From contig CAWDOY010000014.1 of the NCBI GenBank assembly GCA_963803975.1, forward strand, positions 128,001 to 192,000: DNA of 64,000 nucleotides, in the 5' to 3' direction. The stretch comes from an uncultured delta proteobacterium. Its GTDB lineage: Bacteria > Desulfobacterota > WTBG01 > CAIYCZ01. Under the pieces are notes generated by a model. That model was not told the origin of the DNA, did not search any database, and saw only the letters and a program-made list of their open reading frames with translations. A program made the position numbers and the translations under genes. Within the stretch, counting starts at the first letter, position 1. Each line of letters starts with the position of its first letter. Shown in pieces: positions 22,436 to 34,065 of this stretch.

Positions 22436-22561
22436 ATGGATATTTTCCCCCACGTCAATCTTATTCTCATAATGCTGTGGCTCGTCTTTTTTGTAATTGT
22501 CCCTGCCTGGTGTGAGCTGAAGCCTAAACCGTTCCGCGGCATCCATGAGCTGAAGGAATAG
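22436..22561 (+). CDS. Putative small single-pass membrane protein, 41 aa (not in the ORF track)
   Basis: GAGGAAG RBS; MDIFPHVNLILIMLWLVFFVIVPAWCELKPKPFRGIHELKE*. Confidence 0.55.
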   Translation: MDIFPHVNLILIMLWLVFFVIVPAWCELKPKPFRGIHELKE

Positions 22562-22795
22562 TTGCCGCGCCTAATATATATAAAAAATGGAGCAGCAGTT
22601 ACGCGCTACTACCTTTCTTTAATGTTGTGCAGGGGGAAGGTATTATTTATTATTTTGAAGATGAAGATATTAAAAAAATAAATTTAGCCGCCCGCAGGGC
22701 CCGGGGCCGGATAGTAAACCAGGATATACTGTAAATATAATAAGTTATAAAAACGCCGGAAGCAGCTATACGAAATAAGTAGATTTTTATGTATA

Positions 22796-22823
22796 TTGAC
22801 ATACAAAAGCATTGTGTTATATC
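22796..22823 (+). promoter_or_regulatory. Putative sigma70 promoter
   Basis: TTGACA-16 nt-TATATC with an extended TGn, upstream of the ORF at 22875. Confidence 0.4.
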
Positions 22824-22874
22824 CATTAACAGGCAACGCCCTCCAGCATTAAATCTACAGAAAGGGAGCATTTT

Positions 22875-23702
22875 ATGAAACGCAGAGATTTTATTAAAAT
22901 CGCAGGTATCGGCTGTCTTGGCTGCTGCTGCCCGCCTGGCCTGCTGGTCAAAAGCGCCGGCGCAGCGACCGGCGCGCGCGGGGCAGCCAGTGCTTTTCCC
23001 TTCCGGCTGGCTGGTCTTGGCACCGGCCCATTTTCCCTGTCTGCTGCCGGCAGGGCCTATGACGCCCAGGAGCTGCTTGCAAGCTATGACGATGCCGAAT
23101 ACGCAAAAAAGCGGCGGGATATGTACCTCGAGATTTTTGACGGGGGAACAGTCGACAAGATACTGGCTGAGATGCGTGTCTCATACGAAGCGCTTATCCC
23201 GGAGATACCCTTCATCGGAAAAAACAATTTCCACCTGCAGTGGGTCATCCCGAACATGGAGAAACTCGCCGAGTATATTGTTGCGAGAAATTACGGCATC
23301 ACGGCCGACGTGTTCAGCCGCATGTACATCAAGCGGGCAACCTATGACCTGCTCGCACAACCTGAGGAGGAGCGGAAGATGATCGGGCAGATGCAGTTCG
23401 GACCGGTGGCGGAAACGCTGATGCGGTACGTGGCATTCCGCTCGCAGCTGAAGCTCTTTCCTGATGACTACATCCTGAGCTTTGTTCCGGGAGACGGGAA
23501 AGATTTCGACTGGGGGCTTGACTACACCCAGTGCACCAATATCATTGTGTATAAAAAGTATGACGCGCTGGAAGTTCTGTACCCGATGGTCTGCGCCATG
23601 GATTATGTTGCGGGCATGACCATGCGTGTCGGCTATTACCGCACCAAGACCCTGGTAAAGGGGGATTCAATCTGCGACCTGCGGTGGAAATGGCAGGGAT
23701 AA
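22875..23702 (+). CDS. L-2-amino-thiazoline-4-carboxylate hydrolase-like (V4R-related) protein with a Tat signal
   Basis: MKRRDFIK twin-arginine signal; C-terminal DYTQC...VCAMDY...RTKTLVKGDSICDLRW. Confidence 0.75.
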   Translation: MKRRDFIKIAGIGCLGCCCPPGLLVKSAGAATGARGAASAFPFRLAGLGTGPFSLSAAGRAYDAQELLASYDDAEYAKKRRDMYLEIFDGGTVDKILAEMRVSYEALIPEIPFIGKNNFHLQWVIPNMEKLAEYIVARNYGITADVFSRMYIKRATYDLLAQPEEERKMIGQMQFGPVAETLMRYVAFRSQLKLFPDDYILSFVPGDGKDFDWGLDYTQCTNIIVYKKYDALEVLYPMVCAMDYVAGMTMRVGYYRTKTLVKGDSICDLRWKWQG

Positions 23703-23790
23703 TAGTTGACCGGAAGACGGCAGAGCAGGGCCCTTATTCATAAATTCAACGTCTGGTATGATACGGTGCTTAACCGGATAGGAGGAGAAG

Positions 23791-25062
23791 ATGAGACAAC
23801 CAGGTAATTATTTTCTAGTTCTATTGCTTTCAGTCTGTGTCTTGTGCGGCGCCGGCTGCAAACAGGAGACATCCTGCGAGCCCGGGATAAAACAGTCCTG
23901 CTACTGCCCCGACGGTACAGTTAAAGAGCAGACATGCAGGGATGACGGCAAGGGCTGGGATGCATGCCAGTGCACCTATTATTCAGTCTGGTGCGACGAC
24001 AGCTCGGGCCTGTGCTGGCAGGACCCGCAGAAGGACGGCTATGACAATACAGAGGGCGGTGTCGAGCCTGCTGATGCGGTACGGTACTGCGAGCAGGTGG
24101 CCTTCGGCGGCTATGCCGACTGGCGCCTGCCCACTATTGAAGAGCTGCGCACACTGGTCAGGGGCAATCCCGCCACCGAGACCGGCGGTGAATGTCCGTT
24201 GGTTAATGATAGTGTCAGCTCCGATATGAACGATCCAGCATGCATGCCCGTTACCCTGTACGGAGGCCCCGGCACAGGGACTGCTGAGGGCTGCTATTGG
24301 CCCCCGGAGCTTACCGGCACCTGCAACAAGCCCGACCCTGCTTCGAAGGGACATCCGCTTGAGTATGCTTCCTCAACCCGGTGTCCTGATGATCCGACCA
24401 AGGGCTGGTATGGCACGATCATGTTCGAGAATGGCGCTGTCTGCTGGAACCATATCAATACATTTGCCGACGTGCGCTGCGTGCGCGACGCTCCGACGCC
24501 CATAGCAACCTGCACTGAAGAGGCGACGTGCATGCCGGGTGCAACCAGGAAGTGCATTGGCAAGAATTTCAGGCTCGGCGCACAGGTCTGCGCCGAAGAA
24601 GGCAACTGCTGGGGCCCCTGCGACAGCATGGCATTCAAAAAATCGCCCCCCCGAATTGATGTCTGCCCTTCTTGCGATCAGATCAAGCTGACCGTCAGGG
24701 TGCCCGAGAAGCTTGCGGTGAAGCCCGCTCAGCTCATGGCCTTCCTGTATGCTGCTGACACCTGGACATGGCCGCCCAACAGGCAGCCAGATGGGGGCAA
24801 TTCCGATTGCCAGGTGAAGGATCCCGTCATTGACGTGGACACACCGTTTACTCTGACAGTGCCCGCCTGCACCTATTATCGCATGAAATGCCTCAAGGGT
24901 CAGTATATGCTGTATGTAGCTATTTTGCAGACCGATACCATGCCGCCGGTCATGAAAGAGGGCGACTACTGGTGGGGCATGGATCAGGAGCCGCTCACGC
25001 TGGGCGACGGGACGGCAAAGGAAATTCCCATGGATATCACGCTGGTGCCCTGGACAAAATAG
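23791..25062 (+). CDS. Cys-rich lipoprotein with a DUF1566 (Lcl C-terminal) domain
   Basis: Lipobox GAGC; GLCWQ..A..YC...GGYADWRLPTIEELRTL...VRCVR. Confidence 0.8.
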   Translation: MRQPGNYFLVLLLSVCVLCGAGCKQETSCEPGIKQSCYCPDGTVKEQTCRDDGKGWDACQCTYYSVWCDDSSGLCWQDPQKDGYDNTEGGVEPADAVRYCEQVAFGGYADWRLPTIEELRTLVRGNPATETGGECPLVNDSVSSDMNDPACMPVTLYGGPGTGTAEGCYWPPELTGTCNKPDPASKGHPLEYASSTRCPDDPTKGWYGTIMFENGAVCWNHINTFADVRCVRDAPTPIATCTEEATCMPGATRKCIGKNFRLGAQVCAEEGNCWGPCDSMAFKKSPPRIDVCPSCDQIKLTVRVPEKLAVKPAQLMAFLYAADTWTWPPNRQPDGGNSDCQVKDPVIDVDTPFTLTVPACTYYRMKCLKGQYMLYVAILQTDTMPPVMKEGDYWWGMDQEPLTLGDGTAKEIPMDITLVPWTK

Positions 25063-25101
25063 ATGCGAACGTTTTGATACTGGAAAGAGAGGTTGGATGC
25101 G

Positions 25102-25209
25102 ATGAACATAGCATAAAAGATCACCAAGCAGAACCGGTCGCAGGCCATGTCACGCGTCGTGATTTTCTGTAATGGCAACGGCATCGGCGATGCCTGCGAG
25201 AGTAAATAA
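25102..25209 (+). pseudogene. Gene relic: Tat-like start joined to a thrombospondin-type-3-like end
   Basis: ..HVTRRDFL in one frame, immediately followed by NGNGIGDACESK* in another. Confidence 0.45.
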
Positions 25210-25233
25210 AATTTTGCTGTTTCGCTTCTGTCT

Positions 25234-25268
25234 AAAAAAGGGCTCAGCCTGTGGCTAAGCCCTTTTTT
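25234..25268. terminator. Bidirectional Rho-independent terminator
   Basis: AAAAAAGGGCT-c-AGCC-tgt-GGCT-a-AGCCCTTTTTT. Confidence 0.85.
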
Positions 25269-25271
25269 ATG

Positions 25272-25300
25272 GTGCGCCCGGCATGGGCGATAACTTGGAG
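25272..25300 (+). mobile_element. 5' stub of a group IIC-like intron
   Basis: GTGCGCCCGGCATGGGCGATAACTTGGAG starts 3 nt after the terminator T-run; no reverse transcriptase ORF follows. Confidence 0.6.
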
Positions 25301-25505
25301 ATGCGGCATTGACTGAGCTTACCCGGTATTCTGAAGACTATGGCACGAAAGCTGCCATTCAAAAAGTTTGACTGCAAACCCCGGACAGTTGATTGCAGCA
25401 TGCAGGGCTGCGAGCGGGCTGTCCCTGTGCAGGAGCAGACCAGCTCGGACGTTACCGGGGGATTGTGCCGTGCTGGCTCAGATGATCTCTCCGCCAGCAA
25501 CACGG

Positions 25506-27341
25506 TTACGGGTTCTCAAAAAGGCTCAGCACCCCAAGCGAGAGGGCCGGGACGTAGGTGATGAGGAGCACGCCGAGGCCAAGGATGAGGAGAAACGGCA
25601 GGACATAGCGGTAGAGCGCGACCATGGGTTTGTTAAAGCGCGACGAGGAGAGGAACAGGTTGAGGCCCACCGGCGGGCAGAGAAAACCGAGTTCCAGATT
25701 GGCCAGGATGATGACCCCCAGGTGCACCGGATGGATCCCGAAGGCCGTACCGAGCGGGATGATCAGCGGCGTCAGGACAACGATGGCTGAGAAAATTTCG
25801 AGCACGCTTCCCAGCACCAGCAGCACCACATTGAGCGCGAGCAGGAAGACCAGCGGCGAGTGGATACGGGTCTGAACCATGGTCAGCAGCTGGGCGGGGA
25901 CCTGGGCATCCACCAGGTAGCTGGTGAGTCCCATGGCGCAGCTGAGCAGGATCAGCACCGCGCCAACAAGCGCGGTGGCCTTCAGCAGAACCGGCGGCAG
26001 CTCCCAAAACGGGTGCAGATCCCGCTGGATGAAACAGGCGATGACGATAGAGTAGGCGCAGGCAAAAGCGGAAGTCTCCAGCAGCGAAGCGAGCCCGGTA
26101 CCAAACAGCACGGCCATCACCAGAGGGATGGAGAGCTCCCATTTGGCTCCCCAGGTCGCCTTCAGCAACTCATTCCACATGAATGGCTGACGCGGAGTCC
26201 GGAGTTTGCGGCCAAAGATGATGCCATAGGCCGCCACCAGCAACAGGAGAATCAATCCCGGTACCAATCCGGCAATAAACAGCTGGTCAGCTGGAACCTT
26301 TGCAACCACGCTGTAGAGGATCACGGGCAGACTCGGCGGGAAGAGCAGACCCAAACTGCCCGCTGCGGTGACCAGACCCAGCGAGAACTGCTCTGAGTAG
26401 CCATCTTCGATGAGAATCGGATAGAGCAGCCCGCCCAGCGCGATGATGGTGATGCCCGAGCCGCCGGTGAAGGCGGTGAACAACGCACAGACCGCGCTCA
26501 CCAGCACCGCGACACCACCGGGCATGAAGCCGAACAGCGCGTGAAAGAAGCGCACCAGCCGGTGCGGGGCTTGCGTTTCGGCGAGCACAAAACCGGTTGC
26601 GGTCAGAAGCGGGATAGCGGGAAGTGTCGGCGACGCGATCAGCCGGTAGATCTCAGCAGTGACCGCCGACACCGGCGTGGACTCCCGCCAGAAAAGGGTC
26701 ATGCCCAGGCCTGCCATCGCAGCGAAGACGGGCAACTCGAGCAGCGTCGCTGCCAGCAGCAGTAAGCACAAAAGCCAGGTGACAGGGCTCGTCGGGCGCA
26801 TCAGCCCGAGCGCGAATACAGCACCCACGATGGCAACCGCACCAGCCCGTCCGGACCAGCTCCTGGAGGACTTGCGCACATAGGTCAGTGTCATCAGTCC
26901 CAGCGCAAGAGGCATCACACTCTCGCTGATCCAGGTCGGCAGCCCAAAGGACAGCATATTTCCCTGCTGACGCTCGGCCAGCACCACACTGACGCTGGCG
27001 TACGTCAGCATTGCCGTGACTGAGGCCGCAGCGCAGGTCGAAAAGTACTCTGCGCACCTCCGCACAGTACCCTCCGGGAGCAAACCGGCAGTGGAAAGCG
27101 TCAGCTGTTTTCCCGTCCAGGTGGCAACGAGACCGCCAAGGAAAGCCAGATAGAAGGTGAGCTGCTGCGTGTAGGTTGCAGAACCGGGAATGTGAAAGCC
27201 GGCGAGCGGACGCCCGAGGAAGTTTACCAGCGGCACTGCCGTAAGCAGCATGAAGGCGGCGACGAGGGCTCCCTGCCCGGTGCCGCGGATAAGGGAGCGC
27301 GCTGTCAAGGGCCGCCAGCCTTGCCCGCCTGCCGGCGACAC
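25506..27341 (-). CDS. TRAP transporter fused DctQ-DctM permease
   Basis: Many TM helices; AIPLL, GSLGLLFPPS, GFLCPPVGLNLF; start may be TTG at 27308. Confidence 0.9.
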   Translation of the reverse strand: MSPAGGQGWRPLTARSLIRGTGQGALVAAFMLLTAVPLVNFLGRPLAGFHIPGSATYTQQLTFYLAFLGGLVATWTGKQLTLSTAGLLPEGTVRRCAEYFSTCAAASVTAMLTYASVSVVLAERQQGNMLSFGLPTWISESVMPLALGLMTLTYVRKSSRSWSGRAGAVAIVGAVFALGLMRPTSPVTWLLCLLLLAATLLELPVFAAMAGLGMTLFWRESTPVSAVTAEIYRLIASPTLPAIPLLTATGFVLAETQAPHRLVRFFHALFGFMPGGVAVLVSAVCALFTAFTGGSGITIIALGGLLYPILIEDGYSEQFSLGLVTAAGSLGLLFPPSLPVILYSVVAKVPADQLFIAGLVPGLILLLLVAAYGIIFGRKLRTPRQPFMWNELLKATWGAKWELSIPLVMAVLFGTGLASLLETSAFACAYSIVIACFIQRDLHPFWELPPVLLKATALVGAVLILLSCAMGLTSYLVDAQVPAQLLTMVQTRIHSPLVFLLALNVVLLVLGSVLEIFSAIVVLTPLIIPLGTAFGIHPVHLGVIILANLELGFLCPPVGLNLFLSSSRFNKPMVALYRYVLPFLLILGLGVLLITYVPALSLGVLSLFENP

Positions 27342-28372
27342 TGGTCGCGTCGCTTGAGCGCGGCATCGAGGGCTTCCGCAGGCAGGAACGAACCCCGTAC
27401 CTGCGGCAGGACCCCGTCAATGAGCTGTCGCCACTGGTCGAGCACTGCGTTGTCCACGGCGACCACCTGGACTCCGTGTTTTTGCAGGACTTCGATGTCC
27501 CTGGCCTCCGACTGCCGCGAGAATTCGCTGAGGCGCCGGCAGGCTTTGCGCGCCGCCTCCTTTAGTAATGGACGCACATCAACGGGCAGCTTCTCCCAGG
27601 TTGGCTTGGCCACCACAATAGCGCCAAGGAACACCGCCCATTTAAGGTCGGTCATATACCTGACCTGCCGGTACCACTGGAGCAGTACAACGCCCTGGAC
27701 CGTCGAAGTAACGGCGTTGACCAGCCCGGTCTGGAGCGCTGTGGAGATTTCCGTCGAGGGCAGCGGCACCGGGTTGAAGCCGGCCTTCTTCCATAGCTCG
27801 GCATACCGGTCATCGCCGGCCCAGACAAACATTTTCAGCTTCTTCATGTCATCCGGTGTCCTGACCGGCTCCCTGGTAAAGAAATGAGCCCAGCCAGCGT
27901 CAGACCAGCCGAGCAGGACAAATCCCCGGGCCTCGATCTGTTTCTCAAGCTGGGGGCCGAGTTGCTCGATGGTGCAGTCCAGCTCGCGGTAGTTGGCATA
28001 GGCCAGCGGTACCTGCAGCGCCAGCACACCGCGGTCAATGTCGGTGAGCCCATCGGAGCTCAGCAGTGCCACGTTGAGGGTTCCGAGCCGCATCTTGCGC
28101 ACGACGTCGGCGTCGTCTCCTGCCACTCCCCCCGGGTAAAGGCGGAACTGCACCTGGCCGCGGGACGCCTTCTCCCACGCCGCGCCCATTTCCTGAAGGA
28201 CCTGGTGCCATTCGGAGCCTTGGGGAGCAATCGTCGCCATCTTGATGACCATCTCGTCAGCCGCCCAGGAGGCGTGCGCCGCTGCCAGAAGCAACAGCAT
28301 CGCAAGCCAGATCAGCAGGCCCCGGCTGCAGGTGCGTCTATCCATTATCGAATCTCCTTGTTCACTCGACAA
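27305..28372 (-). CDS. dctP: TRAP substrate-binding protein DctP (TatP-type)
   Basis: IKMATIAPQGSEW, YPGGVAGDD..VVRKMR, LQTGLV motifs. Confidence 0.9.
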   Translation of the reverse strand: MSSEQGDSIMDRRTCSRGLLIWLAMLLLLAAAHASWAADEMVIKMATIAPQGSEWHQVLQEMGAAWEKASRGQVQFRLYPGGVAGDDADVVRKMRLGTLNVALLSSDGLTDIDRGVLALQVPLAYANYRELDCTIEQLGPQLEKQIEARGFVLLGWSDAGWAHFFTREPVRTPDDMKKLKMFVWAGDDRYAELWKKAGFNPVPLPSTEISTALQTGLVNAVTSTVQGVVLLQWYRQVRYMTDLKWAVFLGAIVVAKPTWEKLPVDVRPLLKEAARKACRRLSEFSRQSEARDIEVLQKHGVQVVAVDNAVLDQWRQLIDGVLPQVRGSFLPAEALDAALKRRDQCRRQAGKAGGP

Positions 28373-29327
28373 ATAACCGGTCCATCCGGGCCAGCAGCCA
28401 TTGCGCCCGGCGCTGCGCGATCACGTTCGCCAGGCGCTGTTCCGGCAAGGCATTGACGTCGATCGCCAACGCCTGATTTAGCAGTTTCACAAACTCGGCC
28501 CGGTTCTGCAGGCCGACATCGACCGTTTCGGCGAATGCTACCAGCGGTGCCGCGCGCCGTCCCTTGGAAAGCTGCAGCGCCCGGCCCAGGCTGGCACGGG
28601 CGCGTTCAACAGAACCGCCAGCAGCAGCCGGCCTTCCTCCTTCGTAGGCGATGAAAAAATCATGGATGGCACCCAGGTCGTAGCCTTCGTCGAGTTCCAG
28701 GGCGCGGCGCATGAGCACCTCGACCTGAGGCAGGTCGGCACCCAGTTCAGTATCAGTCTTGTTCAGCGCAATCGCCGCCCCCCAAGCCATTGCCGTCCAG
28801 TAGAGCTGTGCCACGTTCGCCTTGCGGAACCGGGATAGCGCCGCGCTCGGGTCGGCTCTAAGCGACGTGCGCACGCCGGGCTGGACTTCCTCCAGGCCGC
28901 GCATACCGTAACCCAGCGCCCGGCAGTAGAGATGGCCCGCCTGCTTCCGGAGTGCCGTGGCCTGTGCCAAATCACTATCCTCAACAAAATCAGCCCTGGT
29001 TTGCACAAAGGCATAGGCATATTGCGTGAACCCGCTGGTTGCGGCGAGGAGCAGCTCTTTGTGGTGCGGGGACTGCAGCAAGAGGCCTTCGATAGTCTTG
29101 AGACCGAAAGGCAGTGCCGCGCCAACCAGCTCCGGGTCGTCGTCAATGGCGTACACCGAGGAGCCGGTGGCGAGAGCATCACCCAGGCGGTTGACGGCAA
29201 ACTGCTTAAAGGAGCAGCCGGGTAGTGTCAGGGCTCCCAGGAGCAGAGCCAGTCCCAGAATTTTTCTCTGCCGCAGCGCACTTCGCTGCGCGTCGCTCCG
29301 AGATAAAAAATAAAAAAAATCTGACAT
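28362..29327 (-). CDS. TRAP transporter TatT component (TPR-like lipoprotein)
   Basis: Lipobox LPGC; DDDPELVGAALPFGLK; adjacent to dctP and dctQM. Confidence 0.85.
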   Translation of the reverse strand: MSDFFYFLSRSDAQRSALRQRKILGLALLLGALTLPGCSFKQFAVNRLGDALATGSSVYAIDDDPELVGAALPFGLKTIEGLLLQSPHHKELLLAATSGFTQYAYAFVQTRADFVEDSDLAQATALRKQAGHLYCRALGYGMRGLEEVQPGVRTSLRADPSAALSRFRKANVAQLYWTAMAWGAAIALNKTDTELGADLPQVEVLMRRALELDEGYDLGAIHDFFIAYEGGRPAAAGGSVERARASLGRALQLSKGRRAAPLVAFAETVDVGLQNRAEFVKLLNQALAIDVNALPEQRLANVIAQRRAQWLLARMDRLFVE

Positions 29328-29566
29328 GCTTACTGTGCGGAAATGAATTGCCGGGGCCACTATCGAACAGATAGAAACTCTTTTTTTGGACGGGGTAAGT
29401 ATAGGCAGGGGGCGATTGTGTGTCAATGAAAAAGTCTTCATGAAAAAGTCTTCTCCAGAGATGGAAATGCTTAATAAGGTTACGCAAACCAAGGAGTCAA
29501 ACAAGGTAAGCGAAAGGTGAGAACAAGAAGCAGTGTCAGTAATGGCTATATTTGCCCTCTTTTTTA

Positions 29567-29595
29567 TTGCCTTCTTATTTCAATTTCACTATAGT
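29567..29595 (+). promoter_or_regulatory. Putative sigma70 promoter for dacA
   Basis: TTGCCT-17 nt-TATAGT. Confidence 0.45.
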
Positions 29596-29662
29596 TAAAA
29601 AAACGCAATCATGCTCCTGTTCGCATTCCACAACAGCTCAAACGTATTACAGGTAACGGCAG

Positions 29663-30931
29663 ATGAAATTCCTTTTTAAAAGTCTCTTCCTGGTAATTGC
29701 CATCAGTTGCTTCTCTCTTCTGCACGCTTCTGCTGCCCCGGCACCGCCTGCAGCTCCCTCCTTCCAGGTCACCGCCCGGTCAGCACTGCTCATCAACGGC
29801 CTGACCGGAAAAATTGTGTTCGAGCAGAACGCGGATGATAAGATCCCTCCCGCGAGCCTGATTAAAATCATGACCCTCTATCTCATCTATGATGCCATTG
29901 ATAGCGGCAACGCCAAAATTACGGACATGGTTACCATCAGCCAGCGGGCCTGGAAGTTCGGCGGCTCGCAGATGTATTTGGAAGTCAATATGCAGGTGAC
30001 GCTCGCTGACATTATAAAGGGTATTGTGGTGGTCTCGGGGAATGATGCCTGCGTTGCGGCGGCTGAACACCTTTCAGGCACGGAAGAGGTGTTTGTCGAA
30101 AAAATGAACAAAAAGGCTGCTGAGCTCGGGCTGACCAGCAGCCTTTTTAAAAACTGCCACGGCCTTCCGGTGGACGGGCAGTACACCACAGCCCGCGACA
30201 TGGCGACCCTTGCCTATAATTATCTTACGCATCATCCCCATGCTACGGACATACACAGCATCAAAGAATTTACCTTTAACAACATCACCCAGCAGAACAG
30301 AAACAAACTGCTATGGCGTGACGCAAGCGTGGACGGGTTAAAGACCGGGTGGATCAGGGAGTCAGGCTATCATCTCATCGCCACCGCACACAAGGATAAT
30401 GACCGGTACATCGCGGTTGTGATGGGCGCAAAGAACCATACCATCCGCGAGGAGGAAGCCCTGAAGCTGCTTAACTACGGCTTCAGAAATTTCAAAACCA
30501 GCGAGCTGGTGCAAAAGGGAAAGCCCGTGGCAGCGCTGCCGGTGTGGAACGGAATTGAAGAAGAAGTGACGCTGGCAGCTGTCGAATCATCGTTTGTGAC
30601 CGCTCCCCGCGATCAGGCCGGTGCCGTGCAGATTCAGCAGGATGTGCCTGCAGGTATTTTTGCCCCGGTGGCAAAAGACCAGAGAATCGGCTCCCTCAAG
30701 ATCATGGTTGACGGGAAGCCCTATGCCGAGATCCCCTTGGCAGCGCTGGCAGCTGTAGATAAGACCGGTTTTGTAAAACAGGTGCTGCAGACCATCGGCC
30801 GTTCTTTTACTGCCGCGCCGTACTGGGGTATTATTGCGGTTGTCCTGATCGTCATCCTGTTCTTTGTCGGCGTATCCAGAACAAAAGGGAGCAGCGGTAA
30901 AAAGAAGAAAGATAGTTCTCTGGTCTCATAA
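29663..30931 (+). CDS. dacA: D-alanyl-D-alanine carboxypeptidase (PBP5 family)
   Basis: PASLIK (SxxK), SGN and KTG motifs; signal peptide and C-terminal TM helix. Confidence 0.9.
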   Translation: MKFLFKSLFLVIAISCFSLLHASAAPAPPAAPSFQVTARSALLINGLTGKIVFEQNADDKIPPASLIKIMTLYLIYDAIDSGNAKITDMVTISQRAWKFGGSQMYLEVNMQVTLADIIKGIVVVSGNDACVAAAEHLSGTEEVFVEKMNKKAAELGLTSSLFKNCHGLPVDGQYTTARDMATLAYNYLTHHPHATDIHSIKEFTFNNITQQNRNKLLWRDASVDGLKTGWIRESGYHLIATAHKDNDRYIAVVMGAKNHTIREEEALKLLNYGFRNFKTSELVQKGKPVAALPVWNGIEEEVTLAAVESSFVTAPRDQAGAVQIQQDVPAGIFAPVAKDQRIGSLKIMVDGKPYAEIPLAALAAVDKTGFVKQVLQTIGRSFTAAPYWGIIAVVLIVILFFVGVSRTKGSSGKKKKDSSLVS

Positions 30932-31032
30932 TATTCCGGCACTGCCGCAGGAGAATGCGTGCGCCAGAAATCAGGATCATAATAATATAAATAGTGCCCG
31001 CACCGCTGTAATCTGTCTCATGTACTCTGACT

Positions 31033-33457
<2,425 letters not shown>

Positions 33458-33732
33458 AATTAGGTTAAGGCGGGGAAAAAGAAAATGCTGCATCGAAAGG
33501 GACGCAGATAAACGTCCACCCTCCGCAGTGCAATGAAGATAAAGATATTGGTGATTACCAGGTGCCATTTTAATTTTGGGTGCTAACTTTGTCAGTGCTA
33601 CGGAGGACGGGCGGATTTTCAGGATGCTAAATAAGTATTTTTCCTGATTTCCTGAGTTCCAGATATCGGTGATTATATTTCTTTATCCGGATGGGTATTG
33701 TATAAATATTCCTGAAGGGCTATACTGAACCT

Positions 33733-34065
33733 ATGCAAAATCTGAAGCTTAATCAAAACGAAGAACAGGCTATTATAAAGCTCAGTAAAGCGCTGCGGGC
33801 AAAATACCGCATTATTGATTTTTACGTGTACGGCTCTAAAGCACGCGGGGATGCTACGCCTGAGTCTGATATCGATGTTATGATTGAGCTCGAAGAGTAC
33901 ACCCCCGAAATTGAGTCAGCGATTGATGACCTTGTTTTTGACATAAATCTTGCTCATGACTGCTTCATATCAACAGTGATGTTCAGCAAAAAAGAGCTTG
34001 AGGAAGGCCCTCTTGGTGAATCACCTTTTTATAAAGCAATAGCACGGGAGGGGATTAGAATTTGA
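33733..34065 (+). CDS. Minimal nucleotidyltransferase (MNT) antitoxin
   Basis: YGSKARGD...SDIDV motif; overlaps the HEPN start (TTGA). Confidence 0.85.
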   Translation: MQNLKLNQNEEQAIIKLSKALRAKYRIIDFYVYGSKARGDATPESDIDVMIELEEYTPEIESAIDDLVFDINLAHDCFISTVMFSKKELEEGPLGESPFYKAIAREGIRI

